Virus record (IMG/VR): IMGVR_UViG_3300046542_000616
Origin: a virus
Lineage: Duplodnaviria; Heunggongvirae; Uroviricota; Caudoviricetes
Reading direction: 5' to 3' (one strand)
DNA: 64,000 nucleotides
The notes beneath the pieces are model-generated. The model was not told where the DNA came from, did no database searches, and was given only the letters and a program-made list of their open reading frames with translations. The first letter of the stretch is position 1, and each line of letters opens with the position of its first letter. Shown here in pieces: positions 1-9,056 of the stretch. The position numbers and the translations under genes are program-made.

Positions 1-28
1 GGTCACTGCCGGCTGCGAGAAGATCGAT

Positions 29-304
29 TCACTCATGAGCGGCCTCTTCGGCCTTAAGCTTAAAAACAGGGTGCATGATTTCTCGTGTGCCGGAGCTGTC
101 GCAGGCGCGTATGTAACCATCACTCACGAACAGGTCAGAGCGCCGTGCCGAATCCACCACCGCCTTGATGCGATTGAGCGGGTGTTTCACTTTGCCGCCG
201 AAGCGCAGGTAAGCGGAGAGGCACAGATCCGGTTCGCCGGCCCACACCTGGGTTTCATTTTCCTTGAGCATCTGAAGCTTCAGGCATTCAGCAAGCGTCG
301 ACAT
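29..304 (-). CDS. hypothetical protein (91 aa)
   Basis: ORF track; co-oriented with 317-727 and hipA; no recognisable motif. Confidence 0.5.
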   Translation of the reverse strand: MSTLAECLKLQMLKENETQVWAGEPDLCLSAYLRFGGKVKHPLNRIKAVVDSARRSDLFVSDGYIRACDSSGTREIMHPVFKLKAEEAAHE

Positions 305-316
305 AACAAAAGCCTT

Positions 317-727
317 CTAGACGGAACTCGTTGAATTTGATGCCGCAGCTTTGGCCGCTCGCAGGCTTTGCCTTTGCGATTCCCAGTAGCCAGCCTCAAA
401 GCATGCCTGCAGTTCTGTGTCAGATACTTTGTGAGCATAACTTTGCGCATAGACAGCGGTGCCATCCGCGCAGGGCTTTCGGTTCTCGGGTTCGTCGCGG
501 TACGCGCAAAAGCCATCCACCCAGGCCTTGGCATCCTTGCGGCGTGCCAGATCAACCGTGCCACTGCGTGTGTTGTTTCCAGAGGTATAGCCACCGGTGA
601 CACGCTTGCCTTCGGCATCGAGCACGTACCAACAAGCCACATGGTTGTGCCCGGCATCTGAACCCCAGCTGTAGATCCGCCAGATGTAGGCAGGATCATT
701 CTCAATGCGAAAACCTTTGTAGTTCAT
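317..727 (-). CDS. hypothetical protein (136 aa)
   Basis: ORF track; ATG start with AAGGA 5' of it; no recognisable motif. Confidence 0.65.
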   Translation of the reverse strand: MNYKGFRIENDPAYIWRIYSWGSDAGHNHVACWYVLDAEGKRVTGGYTSGNNTRSGTVDLARRKDAKAWVDGFCAYRDEPENRKPCADGTAVYAQSYAHKVSDTELQACFEAGYWESQRQSLRAAKAAASNSTSSV

Positions 728-763
728 GGTGCAGTCCTTGCCGGGGTTTGTTTGACGATCACG

Positions 764-2083
764 TTAGATGGTCAGCCGCAGGTTCTTTTCAATCTGTTCG
801 GCGAGGGATTTAGGCACCTCGTTGTTCTTGGCCAGCTTGCGCCAGGTCGACACGTGCTCGATGGTTTCATCAATGATTGCGTCGATCTTCTGTTTGGAGA
901 AAATTTTGCTCTGGTTCATGAAGGTGTAGAAGTCAGCACGCTCAAAGTTCTCACGCTTGCCGTTGATGCTCATCCAGTGGCTGTTCACCCACTTGCTACC
1001 AGGCTTGTAGCTGTAGGCCAAGTCGTAAGCCGGCGCGAGACGCCATTGGTGGTCATCGCCCATCAGGAAGGCAAAGTTCTTTGAGTGGTCATCATGGTTT
1101 CGGGCCACGACGTTGAACACCATGCGCTTGAAGATCTGTTCAGCTTCCTTGATCGAGAGCTTAAGCTGTCTAGCGAGGCCCAGCAGCTCGGCGTACGAGT
1201 AAGAGCCTGGCTGCTTGTAGTCGACGTGCGCCATGCCGTTGAGGGTTTGCACATGAATCTTGTCATTACCCAAGCGATCAAAACGCTGGGTGATGAAGTG
1301 ACGACGGTTGCCTTCGTTAAGCAGGCGGCAGGGCATCATGTCGAGACCGCATTTTTTTGCCATCAAAAAGTAAGCGTATTCCATGGCGCCGTAGCCCATG
1401 GGGTCACCAAAGGTTTCCTTGGTCGTGTTGTGCTCGCTGACCCCGTCGAACTTCATCAGATAGTGCGTGAAGCCTTTGGGCACCTTGGCCTGGCCCGAGC
1501 GCACTTGGGTGAAGTCGTCGTTGAAGGCCAGTACGGCCTTTGGCCGGGCACCCCCGGCGCTCATGCCCACCGTCAGCAAGGCCATCATGCCTTCGCGATC
1601 TGCATGACCGTTGCCGGCCAGCTCCACATTAAAATTTGCGCGATCATCCAGGATCTCCTGGGCGATGCTGACCAGCGATCTGATTTCAATCGGCTGCGAA
1701 GCATTGAGGCTTCTGACTTGCGTGGCCGGGATGTACTCCAATGCGCCCATACCGCGCTTTCCGGTGTACTGCAGGCGCTGCAAGGGCGTGATATCGCCAG
1801 GCAAACGGCCCTGGCTGGCCACCCAGGCGTTTAACACCGCATTACCGAAATCATCGGGCAGGGAATCGGCAATCAAGCCAGGAAGGCCCTTGAAGGTCGC
1901 TGTATCGATTTCAGGAAAGGTGTAAATCCGCTTGGACAGCGGCATTTTGATTGGCGAGAGCTCGATTCCAGTCTTGATGAACGCAGGGGTGTACTCAAAG
2001 GCCCCGAGGCCGGTGTCGGTATCAAAACTCACCGCACCCACGTCATGGCCGGCATAAGCGACCTTTACGACTTCCATTACCAT
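764..2083 (-). CDS. hipA: HipA-family Ser/Thr kinase toxin with N-terminal couple domain
   Basis: Motifs SAGGARPKA, LMKFD, QRFDR, NHDDHSKNFAF and LAPAYDL; start overlaps the upstream XRE gene. Confidence 0.93.
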   Translation of the reverse strand: MVMEVVKVAYAGHDVGAVSFDTDTGLGAFEYTPAFIKTGIELSPIKMPLSKRIYTFPEIDTATFKGLPGLIADSLPDDFGNAVLNAWVASQGRLPGDITPLQRLQYTGKRGMGALEYIPATQVRSLNASQPIEIRSLVSIAQEILDDRANFNVELAGNGHADREGMMALLTVGMSAGGARPKAVLAFNDDFTQVRSGQAKVPKGFTHYLMKFDGVSEHNTTKETFGDPMGYGAMEYAYFLMAKKCGLDMMPCRLLNEGNRRHFITQRFDRLGNDKIHVQTLNGMAHVDYKQPGSYSYAELLGLARQLKLSIKEAEQIFKRMVFNVVARNHDDHSKNFAFLMGDDHQWRLAPAYDLAYSYKPGSKWVNSHWMSINGKRENFERADFYTFMNQSKIFSKQKIDAIIDETIEHVSTWRKLAKNNEVPKSLAEQIEKNLRLTI

Positions 2084-2406
2084 GTGGGTTCATCCTTCTC
2101 GGGTTTAGCAGGGGCTGATCGGGTGGCCCTCTGGCGTTCTCTACTCTGCAATTTGAGCAACTGCAGGGGTGAAAGCTCCTGTTTGGGCAAGAACGTATTG
2201 AGTTGCTCCACCAAGTCAAGAGCCGTCAGGATGGCCGCCAGGGTATTGAGCTGGACACGACCTTTCTCCGCCGCAACCACGACCTTGCGAGTCACGCCAA
2301 TACGTTCCGCCACCTCAGCTTGGGTGAGGCCGGCATTGAGCCTGGCCTGCTGAAGGCGTTGACCGATCTCTTCGGCGATGGCGTCTGGCGTTAAATCTTT
2401 GAACAC
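2077..2406 (-). CDS. hipB: HipB-like XRE HTH antitoxin
   Basis: RLNAGLTQAEVAERIGVTRKVVVAAEKG HTH; C-terminal Trp as in E. coli HipB; GTG at 2406 follows an AAGGGG SD (ORF track starts at 2430). Confidence 0.85.
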   Translation of the reverse strand: MFKDLTPDAIAEEIGQRLQQARLNAGLTQAEVAERIGVTRKVVVAAEKGRVQLNTLAAILTALDLVEQLNTFLPKQELSPLQLLKLQSRERQRATRSAPAKPEKDEPTW

Positions 2407-2407
2407 G

Positions 2408-2569
2408 TTAATGACCCCTTTATGGGTCACTAAGTGCCAAAAGTGGCCTTAATGTCCCCGATAGGGGTCACTATAACAGACGCGTATTTTTACGCAATGC
2501 TGTTAGTGACCCATTTTTGGGTCATTAACTGGTGTTTTATGGGTTAATGACCCATTTTGGGGTCACTAA
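2408..2569. promoter_or_regulatory. four 26-bp palindromic operators TTARTGACCC-N6-GGGTCAYTAA, probable HipB sites
   Basis: Copies at 2408-2433, 2449-2474, 2503-2528 and 2544-2569, directly upstream of hipB. Confidence 0.85.
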
Positions 2570-2677
2570 CAATAGCCTGCCTGCGGCAGAAGGGGCGACC
2601 TCTCGGCAAAGCAAGTCAGGTTGCTCAGGGAGGTGCGTGTTCCTCGGATACGGGTGCTGAGCTTCGGCGGTGGCAGG

Positions 2678-2890
2678 TTATGGCCTGCGGGGAAGATCCG
2701 ACAGGGCCTTTTCGAGGTACTCGCAGGCATTCCAAAGCTCAGAGGCGGGGACATTGCAGCCTTCGCGGATCTGAGCGACGAGATTCAGCGCGTGGCCGAC
2801 ATTGGCGCGGGCTTTAAAGGTCTTCTCGATGGTCGCCTTAAGCTCTTCGTTTTCGAGCCCAAGGCGTTTCAATTCTTTTTTGTCGCCCAT
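2678..2890 (-). CDS. hypothetical protein (70 aa)
   Basis: ORF track; part of a tight minus-strand run. Confidence 0.55.
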   Translation of the reverse strand: MGDKKELKRLGLENEELKATIEKTFKARANVGHALNLVAQIREGCNVPASELWNACEYLEKALSDLPRRP

Positions 2891-2895
2891 CGGTG

Positions 2896-3165
2896 TTATT
2901 CGCCTTCGTCGGCCAGGAGTGCGTGAAGCTCTTCGAGCGCGTCCTGTACGGCGTCTTCACCGTGCTTGGCGCACAGGTCAGCCCAGATCGATCCATCGCA
3001 AAGGGCGTCCTTAGAAAGATCGACAGGAGCGCTTGATGTGGCGCCGGTGAGCATCGAGTCGACCAGGCCGATGATGTCTTCAATGCCGTAGTGAGCATGC
3101 TCATCCACGTCAAGTGCGCGAGATTCACGGGTGTTGCCAGGGAAAAAGTTGATGTAAGCCATCAC
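2896..3165 (-). CDS. hypothetical protein (89 aa)
   Basis: ORF track; AAGGA SD upstream. Confidence 0.6.
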   Translation of the reverse strand: MMAYINFFPGNTRESRALDVDEHAHYGIEDIIGLVDSMLTGATSSAPVDLSKDALCDGSIWADLCAKHGEDAVQDALEELHALLADEGE

Positions 3166-3198
3166 TGTTATCCTTTTCTCGGTGTTTTCAGGTATGAA

Positions 3199-3840
3199 TT
3201 ACCAGGTCACTGATCCGGGTTCGATGACAGGCTGAATCCAGTGAGAAAGCTTGGGGTATGCCGGTTTTTCCAGTCCGCGAACCCGCCTGGCCAGGCAAAA
3301 GCCCGCGTGTGCCAATCCATTGATACCTGCGTGGCAGTTCATGGATAGTGCCTGGCGCATGACTGCACCTTCCCCGTCGAACTCGCTATCCAGGATTCGC
3401 AGGTCTTCCGGAATGCCGAGGTGCTCACCGCAGGCCCAGCCCCATGCCTGAACTTCAGGGTCTGAGGCCTGAATCGTTGCCCGGTACAGCAAGTCGTCAG
3501 GGTGAAGGTCGAGTGCTCCAATTTCATCCAGCATGCGGTGCAGACCGGAGCCCACATTGCCGTTGAGGTAGGCGCGAAACTGAGCCGGAACCACCGCTAG
3601 GTGGCCACCTTCGTGCAGCAAGTCGGAGACGACGCAGTCAGGGCCCACGGCCAGAGTGCCGTTGCGCACGGAAATGCCAGGGAAGAAGCCGGTGGCCTCA
3701 TCGCAATAGGTCGTGACCAGGCCGATACTGTTGAAGAAATTGACGGTGACGTCCACCCAGTGTTTCTGGCTTTGCAGTATCACATCATCTTCTGTGCCCA
3801 TGTTTCTTCCTTGGCTATTCAGTTCGCTTATGGCTGGCAC
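3199..3840 (-). CDS. hypothetical protein with HExxH zinc-peptidase-like motif
   Basis: LLHEGGHLAVVP plus a downstream Glu (DPEVQAWGW). Confidence 0.55.
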   Translation of the reverse strand: MPAISELNSQGRNMGTEDDVILQSQKHWVDVTVNFFNSIGLVTTYCDEATGFFPGISVRNGTLAVGPDCVVSDLLHEGGHLAVVPAQFRAYLNGNVGSGLHRMLDEIGALDLHPDDLLYRATIQASDPEVQAWGWACGEHLGIPEDLRILDSEFDGEGAVMRQALSMNCHAGINGLAHAGFCLARRVRGLEKPAYPKLSHWIQPVIEPGSVTW

Positions 3841-4046
3841 GGAATGATGACGGCCATTTCAGGTAGGCAATCATAGAGCTTCTGGAAGAGCTCAGCGTTA
3901 TCAGCGCTGTCAAAAAAGAACTCGCGGACTTCGGCGTTGCTGTAGTCGCAACCACCGGGGATGTACCAGAGGGACACCATATGCGTAGAAGTGGAGGTCT
4001 TATCGACGTAGCCACCGCGCTCTTCAGCGTCCTGGAAAATGCTCAT
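3828..4046 (-). CDS. hypothetical protein (72 aa)
   Basis: ORF track; AAGGA SD. Confidence 0.5.
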   Translation of the reverse strand: MSIFQDAEERGGYVDKTSTSTHMVSLWYIPGGCDYSNAEVREFFFDSADNAELFQKLYDCLPEMAVIIPCQP

Positions 4047-4082
4047 GTTCGCATCCTTTCGTTAAGATTACGGGGCTTTTTG

Positions 4083-4340
4083 TCACTTTTCAGCCAAGTC
4101 TGCCGAGTCTGAGAGCTCCGCCTGAGCAGGCTCTTCGAAGAGGTTGCTGAAGAGAAATTTTCGGATTTTTGGACTAGAGAAGAGGTAGATGACAATCCAG
4201 CCCAACGCGCCAATCAGCTGGAAGAGCCCCAGCAAAAATGAGGACTTGATTAGGAGACAACCGACCAAGGTCAAAATCATCGCCATCACCAGGACTAGGA
4301 TCTGGAATGCCTTCAGGTTGCGCTTGCTCGATGGAGTCAT
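4083..4340 (-). CDS. small two-TM membrane protein
   Basis: Two hydrophobic segments; start overlaps the upstream stop. Confidence 0.6.
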   Translation of the reverse strand: MTPSSKRNLKAFQILVLVMAMILTLVGCLLIKSSFLLGLFQLIGALGWIVIYLFSSPKIRKFLFSNLFEEPAQAELSDSADLAEK

Positions 4341-4576
4341 GCAGCTGCCACCTCAGATTCAATTGGAGTAATCCCGTGACGCAGAAAGCCGCCAGTGGTT
4401 TCGCCGTCATCCCAAAGCACTTCGTACATTTCCTCGTAACGGAAGCGACGATCCGAGCAGTCGTAGCTGCTGTAGACACGAGAGACTCGGCCATAGCGCA
4501 GGCCCTTGGAGGCGTCGTAGATGTCCAGTTCTCGAGAAACCTTTTGGCCTTCACGGTAGGCTTTTGAGAAAGGCAT
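4337..4576 (-). CDS. hypothetical protein (79 aa)
   Basis: ORF track; abuts neighbours on both sides. Confidence 0.6.
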   Translation of the reverse strand: MPFSKAYREGQKVSRELDIYDASKGLRYGRVSRVYSSYDCSDRRFRYEEMYEVLWDDGETTGGFLRHGITPIESEVAAA

Positions 4577-4870
4577 TTATGGTTTGTCCTTGGTGGCTGG
4601 CACAGTCGGCTTCCGGTAGTCCTTGTATTTCTCTGCCCAGGCGGCGACTGATCCGCCGTGATCCTTACAGATGTCTTCAGCGCGTGTGCCGGTGAAGTCT
4701 ACGTTGAAGCGCTTCATCGCATCCAGGGCTGTTTGAGCCATGCTGATTTGCCGCTTGAGCTCACTTTTCGGCGCGGATTTTTTCATCGCGAGGTCGCACA
4801 CGGTCGCCAGGGTGCAGTCGGTTAGGTAGGAGAGCGCCTGATCGGTAGACGCGATGCGACTTGGGTGCAT
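4577..4870 (-). CDS. hypothetical protein
   Basis: ORF 4577-4972; likely ATG at 4870 after an AAAGGA SD. Confidence 0.6.
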   Translation of the reverse strand: MHPSRIASTDQALSYLTDCTLATVCDLAMKKSAPKSELKRQISMAQTALDAMKRFNVDFTGTRAEDICKDHGGSVAAWAEKYKDYRKPTVPATKDKP

Positions 4871-4980
4871 GTTGATTCCTTTGCCGGGTGGTTGGCTTAT
4901 GAATTTATTATAGAGTATATTGACAGAATATCCAATTGAAATTATAAACTGCTGACTTAAATCAGCAGGCAACTCATCGG

Positions 4981-5160
4981 ATGCCCTACATGCGCTTAAT
5001 TATGATCATTCTAGGTGTGCTCCTGACCGCCTATTGCTTCAGGGTCATTCATGACTACCTGATGGGCAAAGGCCCGGAAGGCGGGATGCGCTCGTTCGTA
5101 GCAATGGTGGGTGAGGCAGCCGGCATCACCATGATCATGTTTGGCGCCGGGGTGGCGTAG
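4981..5160 (+). CDS. small two-TM protein (59 aa, below the ORF track cutoff)
   Basis: Read by hand: MPYMRLIMIILGVLLTAYCFRVIHDYLMGKGPEGGMRSFVAMVGEAAGITMIMFGAGVA*. Confidence 0.5.
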   Translation: MPYMRLIMIILGVLLTAYCFRVIHDYLMGKGPEGGMRSFVAMVGEAAGITMIMFGAGVA

Positions 5161-5252
5161 GGTCGTCGCGCAAGCAAAGATCGAGTTTCTAGCAGTACAG
5201 CGTTTTTAAAGGCGGGCCTAGTGCCTGCGCAAACACAAAAAGGACTTTTCCC

Positions 5253-5495
5253 ATGCTCAGTACTGTAAACCCAATCGCCACCCTTGAACTCATGCTAGAT
5301 GGTTGTGGTGCACGCCCTGAACAGCTTGCCGCCATGCGAAATCTCGTGCAGATGATCAAGGATGAAAACGAAGTGCTGGTGGCGGGTGTTATCAGCCTGG
5401 ATCCTGACTCACAGATGGCCAGGGAGGCTGAGTTGTTAGATGAGATAGAGACCCTGAAAGCAAGGCTCAAGGCCTACGAGCCGAATCAAGCATAG
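5253..5495 (+). CDS. hypothetical protein (80 aa)
   Basis: ORF track; AAAGGA SD. Confidence 0.55.
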   Translation: MLSTVNPIATLELMLDGCGARPEQLAAMRNLVQMIKDENEVLVAGVISLDPDSQMAREAELLDEIETLKARLKAYEPNQA

Positions 5496-5557
5496 TTTGT
5501 AGGCAAAGGTGGTTGAGCCTTTGGTATGCTGCCAGGAATCATGATTGAGGACTGTCC

Positions 5558-5746
5558 ATGTACACCGCGACGATGGATTCCGAAGGCCAAATAACCATCC
5601 CTGATGAGGTGCTTGAGATTCTCGGCCTAAAGCCTGGGGATGAAGTTGAGTTCGTCGAATTGGAAGGCGGTCAGTTCGCTATTACTGCCGCAGCCAAGGT
5701 GGATGAGCGCGACCGGACATCAGGGCAAGAGCGAGAGGCTTTCTGA
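5558..5746 (+). CDS. AbrB/MazE/SpoVT-family DNA-binding protein
   Basis: MDSEGQITIPDEVLEILGLKPGDEVEF is the typical AbrB swapped-hairpin signature. Confidence 0.85.
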   Translation: MYTATMDSEGQITIPDEVLEILGLKPGDEVEFVELEGGQFAITAAAKVDERDRTSGQEREAF

Positions 5747-5941
5747 ATCCTAATTGCAAACGCCTGGTGTGCCACGTAGGATTGATGATGACTACGCAGA
5801 CAGCAGAAAATTTGTCGGTGGTGCTGCGCAGGCCCAAATGGTCGGGTCATATGAGGGGAAATTGGGTGTTTATGGGCTGTTCTGCTTCAGTGCGGAAGGC
5901 TTGCACTCGAAGCCGTCCCTCCTCGTAGTCAACCAAATTCC

Positions 5942-7057
5942 TTAAAGCAGGCTGGCCTGATCAGGCACATCCTCTTGCGTGGCGGAATGGTCTTCCTGAT
6001 CATAGTGGGCCACCGGATCCGCCTCGATATAGGTTCCCTTGAGCAGCTCAGACTTGATTTTAAGGGCTGCCGCACCTTTAAGCCCTGTCACCATCCAGCG
6101 ATGATCGCGATTGCGCACTATGGCCCATCCCGGCTCGATGTAGGTCTTGCTCTCATACTCCTGCAGCCGCTTGTTGAAATCAGACTTGAACCTGCGCTCG
6201 ACCGAATCGTAAGTCGACTTGCTGCCTGAAAGGCTGTGGTAGCTCTCCAGGAGCAGGTTAAACACTCCGTCCCGGTGCGAGGCAATGAAGGGCATCAATT
6301 TCTTGCCGTAGGAGTCCAGCGAATCCCATATCTCGAAGGGCACCAGAGTGGTGTTCACTCCATCAAACAGCAGAGCCATCATGTCGTCGAGCTCCACCAT
6401 TAGCCGGCGCGACTGGCCCTGGGTCGCATTGCGATTGATAAAGCTCAGCGAGATCTCAAAGGGCTCCTTGTTGTTATAGCAATCCATGATCATCGGCAGG
6501 TATTCGCTGTAGCGGTTGGTCACGCTCTGCTTGAGGAAGTTGCCATCGGGCAGCAACTCAAGGTCTTTGCGCGTGAGCACGTTGTACAGGCGGGCCAGCA
6601 TGGACTTGCTCGCGATCTTGACGCTGCCGGCCTCCAGGTCTTCGAGCATGGTGCGGATGCGCGTGCGGTTGGGCCCCGAGTCCTTGATGTCCAGCCAGCC
6701 CAGCGCTTCGGTCATTAGGAAGGGCACTGGCTTGGTCAGCGAGCGACCTCGAGCCTTCACCAGGATGCGGGTAAACAGCGTCTCGTGGTCAACGGTCAGC
6801 TGCGGGCCCTTGTACTTGACGGTGCCGCCGAGGGAGAAGATGTCAGTCCATTCGTCATAGCGGCCCTTGGACTTGATCGCCGCAAAGAGCGCGCTGCGGA
6901 CAATGGGATTGGCCTGCTCGTGAAACTCTTCGTTGGTCAGGGGGAGAACACCCTGGGCCGAGGCCAGGTCGAAGCCTTTGAGAAGCTTGGTGCGTCGATC
7001 ACCAATCGTTTGAGTCAACTCTGTCGGATTCAAGATCTTGGTTTCTTGTACCGACAT
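5942..7057 (-). CDS. trfA: TrfA-family plasmid replication initiator
   Basis: NPIVRSALFAA...VKYKGPQLTVDHETLF...ILVKAR...PVPF...LEDL resembles RK2 TrfA (PNDTARSALF...ITYTGVEL); iterons upstream. Confidence 0.75.
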   Translation of the reverse strand: MSVQETKILNPTELTQTIGDRRTKLLKGFDLASAQGVLPLTNEEFHEQANPIVRSALFAAIKSKGRYDEWTDIFSLGGTVKYKGPQLTVDHETLFTRILVKARGRSLTKPVPFLMTEALGWLDIKDSGPNRTRIRTMLEDLEAGSVKIASKSMLARLYNVLTRKDLELLPDGNFLKQSVTNRYSEYLPMIMDCYNNKEPFEISLSFINRNATQGQSRRLMVELDDMMALLFDGVNTTLVPFEIWDSLDSYGKKLMPFIASHRDGVFNLLLESYHSLSGSKSTYDSVERRFKSDFNKRLQEYESKTYIEPGWAIVRNRDHRWMVTGLKGAAALKIKSELLKGTYIEADPVAHYDQEDHSATQEDVPDQASLL

Positions 7058-7182
7058 TGGCGGGCTCCTGGTGATCGATGAATGGGTAACCGAAGTATAT
7101 ATTTTGAAAGCGCTAGTGAAAGGCTCTGGTTAGATCGGTTTGTTATTTACAGGCCCATGATGCGAGCCAGCGGTTTAAAAAT

Positions 7183-7242
7183 GCGATGTTCGCTGAACGA
7201 ATTCCGATGTTTCCTGAGCGGGTTCCGATAACTGCTGAGCAC
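7183..7242 (-). repeat. three 18-bp iterons at 21-bp spacing upstream of trfA
   Basis: Starts 7183, 7204 and 7225; reverse-complement consensus xxGCTCAGxAAACATCGG. Confidence 0.75.
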
Positions 7243-7352
7243 CCAGGCACGCAGCAGGCCACAGGGAGGGAGACATAAGGAGAAGATCGTTCATTCGGCC
7301 TTTAGGCCGCCTACGGTTTTTCTTCGTATCGCTACAGGCCACGTAATACGTG

Positions 7353-8900
7353 GCGCTCATGGAATATCGGGACAGATTACGGGTGCCGTTCATCGCCGCC
7401 TCGCAGGCGCACAGAAAACATCGGCATCTCAAGGCCTGGGCCAGTCGTCAGAGATCCGTGGCACCCATCCATGAAAGCCTTTAAAACCGGGGCGCTCAGC
7501 AGATATCGGGACATCTATGCGACACCGGCGTCACGGGGTAAATGTGGACAGATACCCGACTTGGGCTGGAAAAGAGGCGCTAATAGGCGAACAGCCCTAC
7601 AAGCAAATGACAGTACAGGCTGAAGGCCACGGAATACGGGGCGCTCAGAGAATATCGGGACACTTATGTGACACATTGAATGGCGGTCAAATGAGACGGA
7701 TCGAGGAAGCACGATGGCTTGGTGGGGCCTTCCACCTGCAGGTGGACAGGCCACTGAGGGCCAAATGTGGACAGATACCGGCACTTTTCAGCCCAGGCGC
7801 ACAGCAAACATCGGGATTTACCTGGAAGAAACGAAGGTGAGCAGTCTCCACGACCAGTTATTGAGGGCACCGGCACCTATCGGCTGACTCGACCAGGTCT
7901 TTAATCTGGACAGATTCCGGGTGTCCGGAGGGCCAAAGGCGTCTTTTTGGCCTGTGAGGGGCTTGATCCTGGCTGATAGCAGTCCGATGGACGATGTGGT
8001 ACATGGCCGGAGCCCTTATAAACCGTGGCGCTCAGCTAATATCGGGACAGATTTAGGCCATGACAGAGGGATGCAGGCTAGGGAGGTGATTTACATGCTC
8101 GTCGGCCTGCCGTCCTGGTGAAAGGTCGCCAAATATGGACAGATTCCATGCCATGACCTGGCTTAAGGGCCAGATAAACTCAGGCGCACAGCAAATATCG
8201 TTCGATTTGAGGCCAAACGAATCCTTCGATCAGGATCCTGGCCGAGGCGCTGTCCATGCAAATGTGGACAGATACCAGACATGCTCAGCAACCATCGGCC
8301 TTCGCTCATGAAACATCGTGTTTTTGCTGGGCAGAGGCCGGATCGAGAAGAAAAGCCTTATTAATCAGTGCAAAAAGCTGTTTTAGCAGGCGAGGGGAGG
8401 GTGGAAAAAATGACGGATTGATCATTATTTAACCAAAATATGGTGGCATTTAAAATTATTGAGAAGAAACAATCGGTTAAGTCACTTATACCAATCCATC
8501 CACAGTGTATGCACAGCATATCCACAGCTTTTATACAGTTTTTTCCACTGTTTTTTGATGTTTCTTGTGCGGTGACCGATGTTTGCTGAGCGGTGACGAT
8601 GACTCCTGAGCAGACTACGTTATCTGGTGTGCATCTGGCGATGTCTGCCGTGCAAATTTTGATATCCACGGAATCTGGTTCGATGCCTGCTGTGCAATGT
8701 ATAACTTTCTAGCCAGGGCTAGCGCGACCTGCGGCCAATTTGGCGATCCTCCTAACCCCAAGGTAACCCCGTATCTCTAACCCGCCATCACCAGGCTCTT
8801 GATCCCGTAGATAATAAAGCAAAGCTTTAACCCTTTTTTTGATGCTTAACCCTTTTGTCGCGCATCACGCACGCGAGGCAACGCGCTCAGCAAACATCGG
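7353..8900 (+). repeat. dispersed 18-bp iterons GCGCWCAGCAAAYATCGG interspersed with TGGACAGAT sites
   Basis: Copies at 7353, 7407, 7492, 7641, 7797, 8028, 8184, 8281 and 8883; TGGACAGAT at 7545, 7768, 7907, 8136 and 8265. Confidence 0.75.
8400..8700. other. probable oriV: AT-rich tract, DnaA-like boxes and an iteron array
   Basis: AT-rich 8400-8480; five TTWTNCACA-like boxes at about 11-bp period 8495-8550; iterons (minus strand) at 8555, 8576, 8596, 8617, 8638 and 8680. Confidence 0.7.
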
Positions 8901-9056
8901 CGGGTGGGAAGCCGGCAAAGCCTTAATTTTGAAGGCAAACCAACGGTTTTAAATTCTCTGCCAGGTCGAATTTGGTTTTAACCTGTGGCACAATAAGGCA
9001 CATATTGACAGTTTCCAGTCTTTCAACTGGACGTTTCATTCCCAAGGATTTGCACG

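Noticed and set aside
7175-8669. Short ORFs within the TrfA origin region
   Set aside because: They overlap iterons and DnaA-like boxes and have no coding hallmarks.
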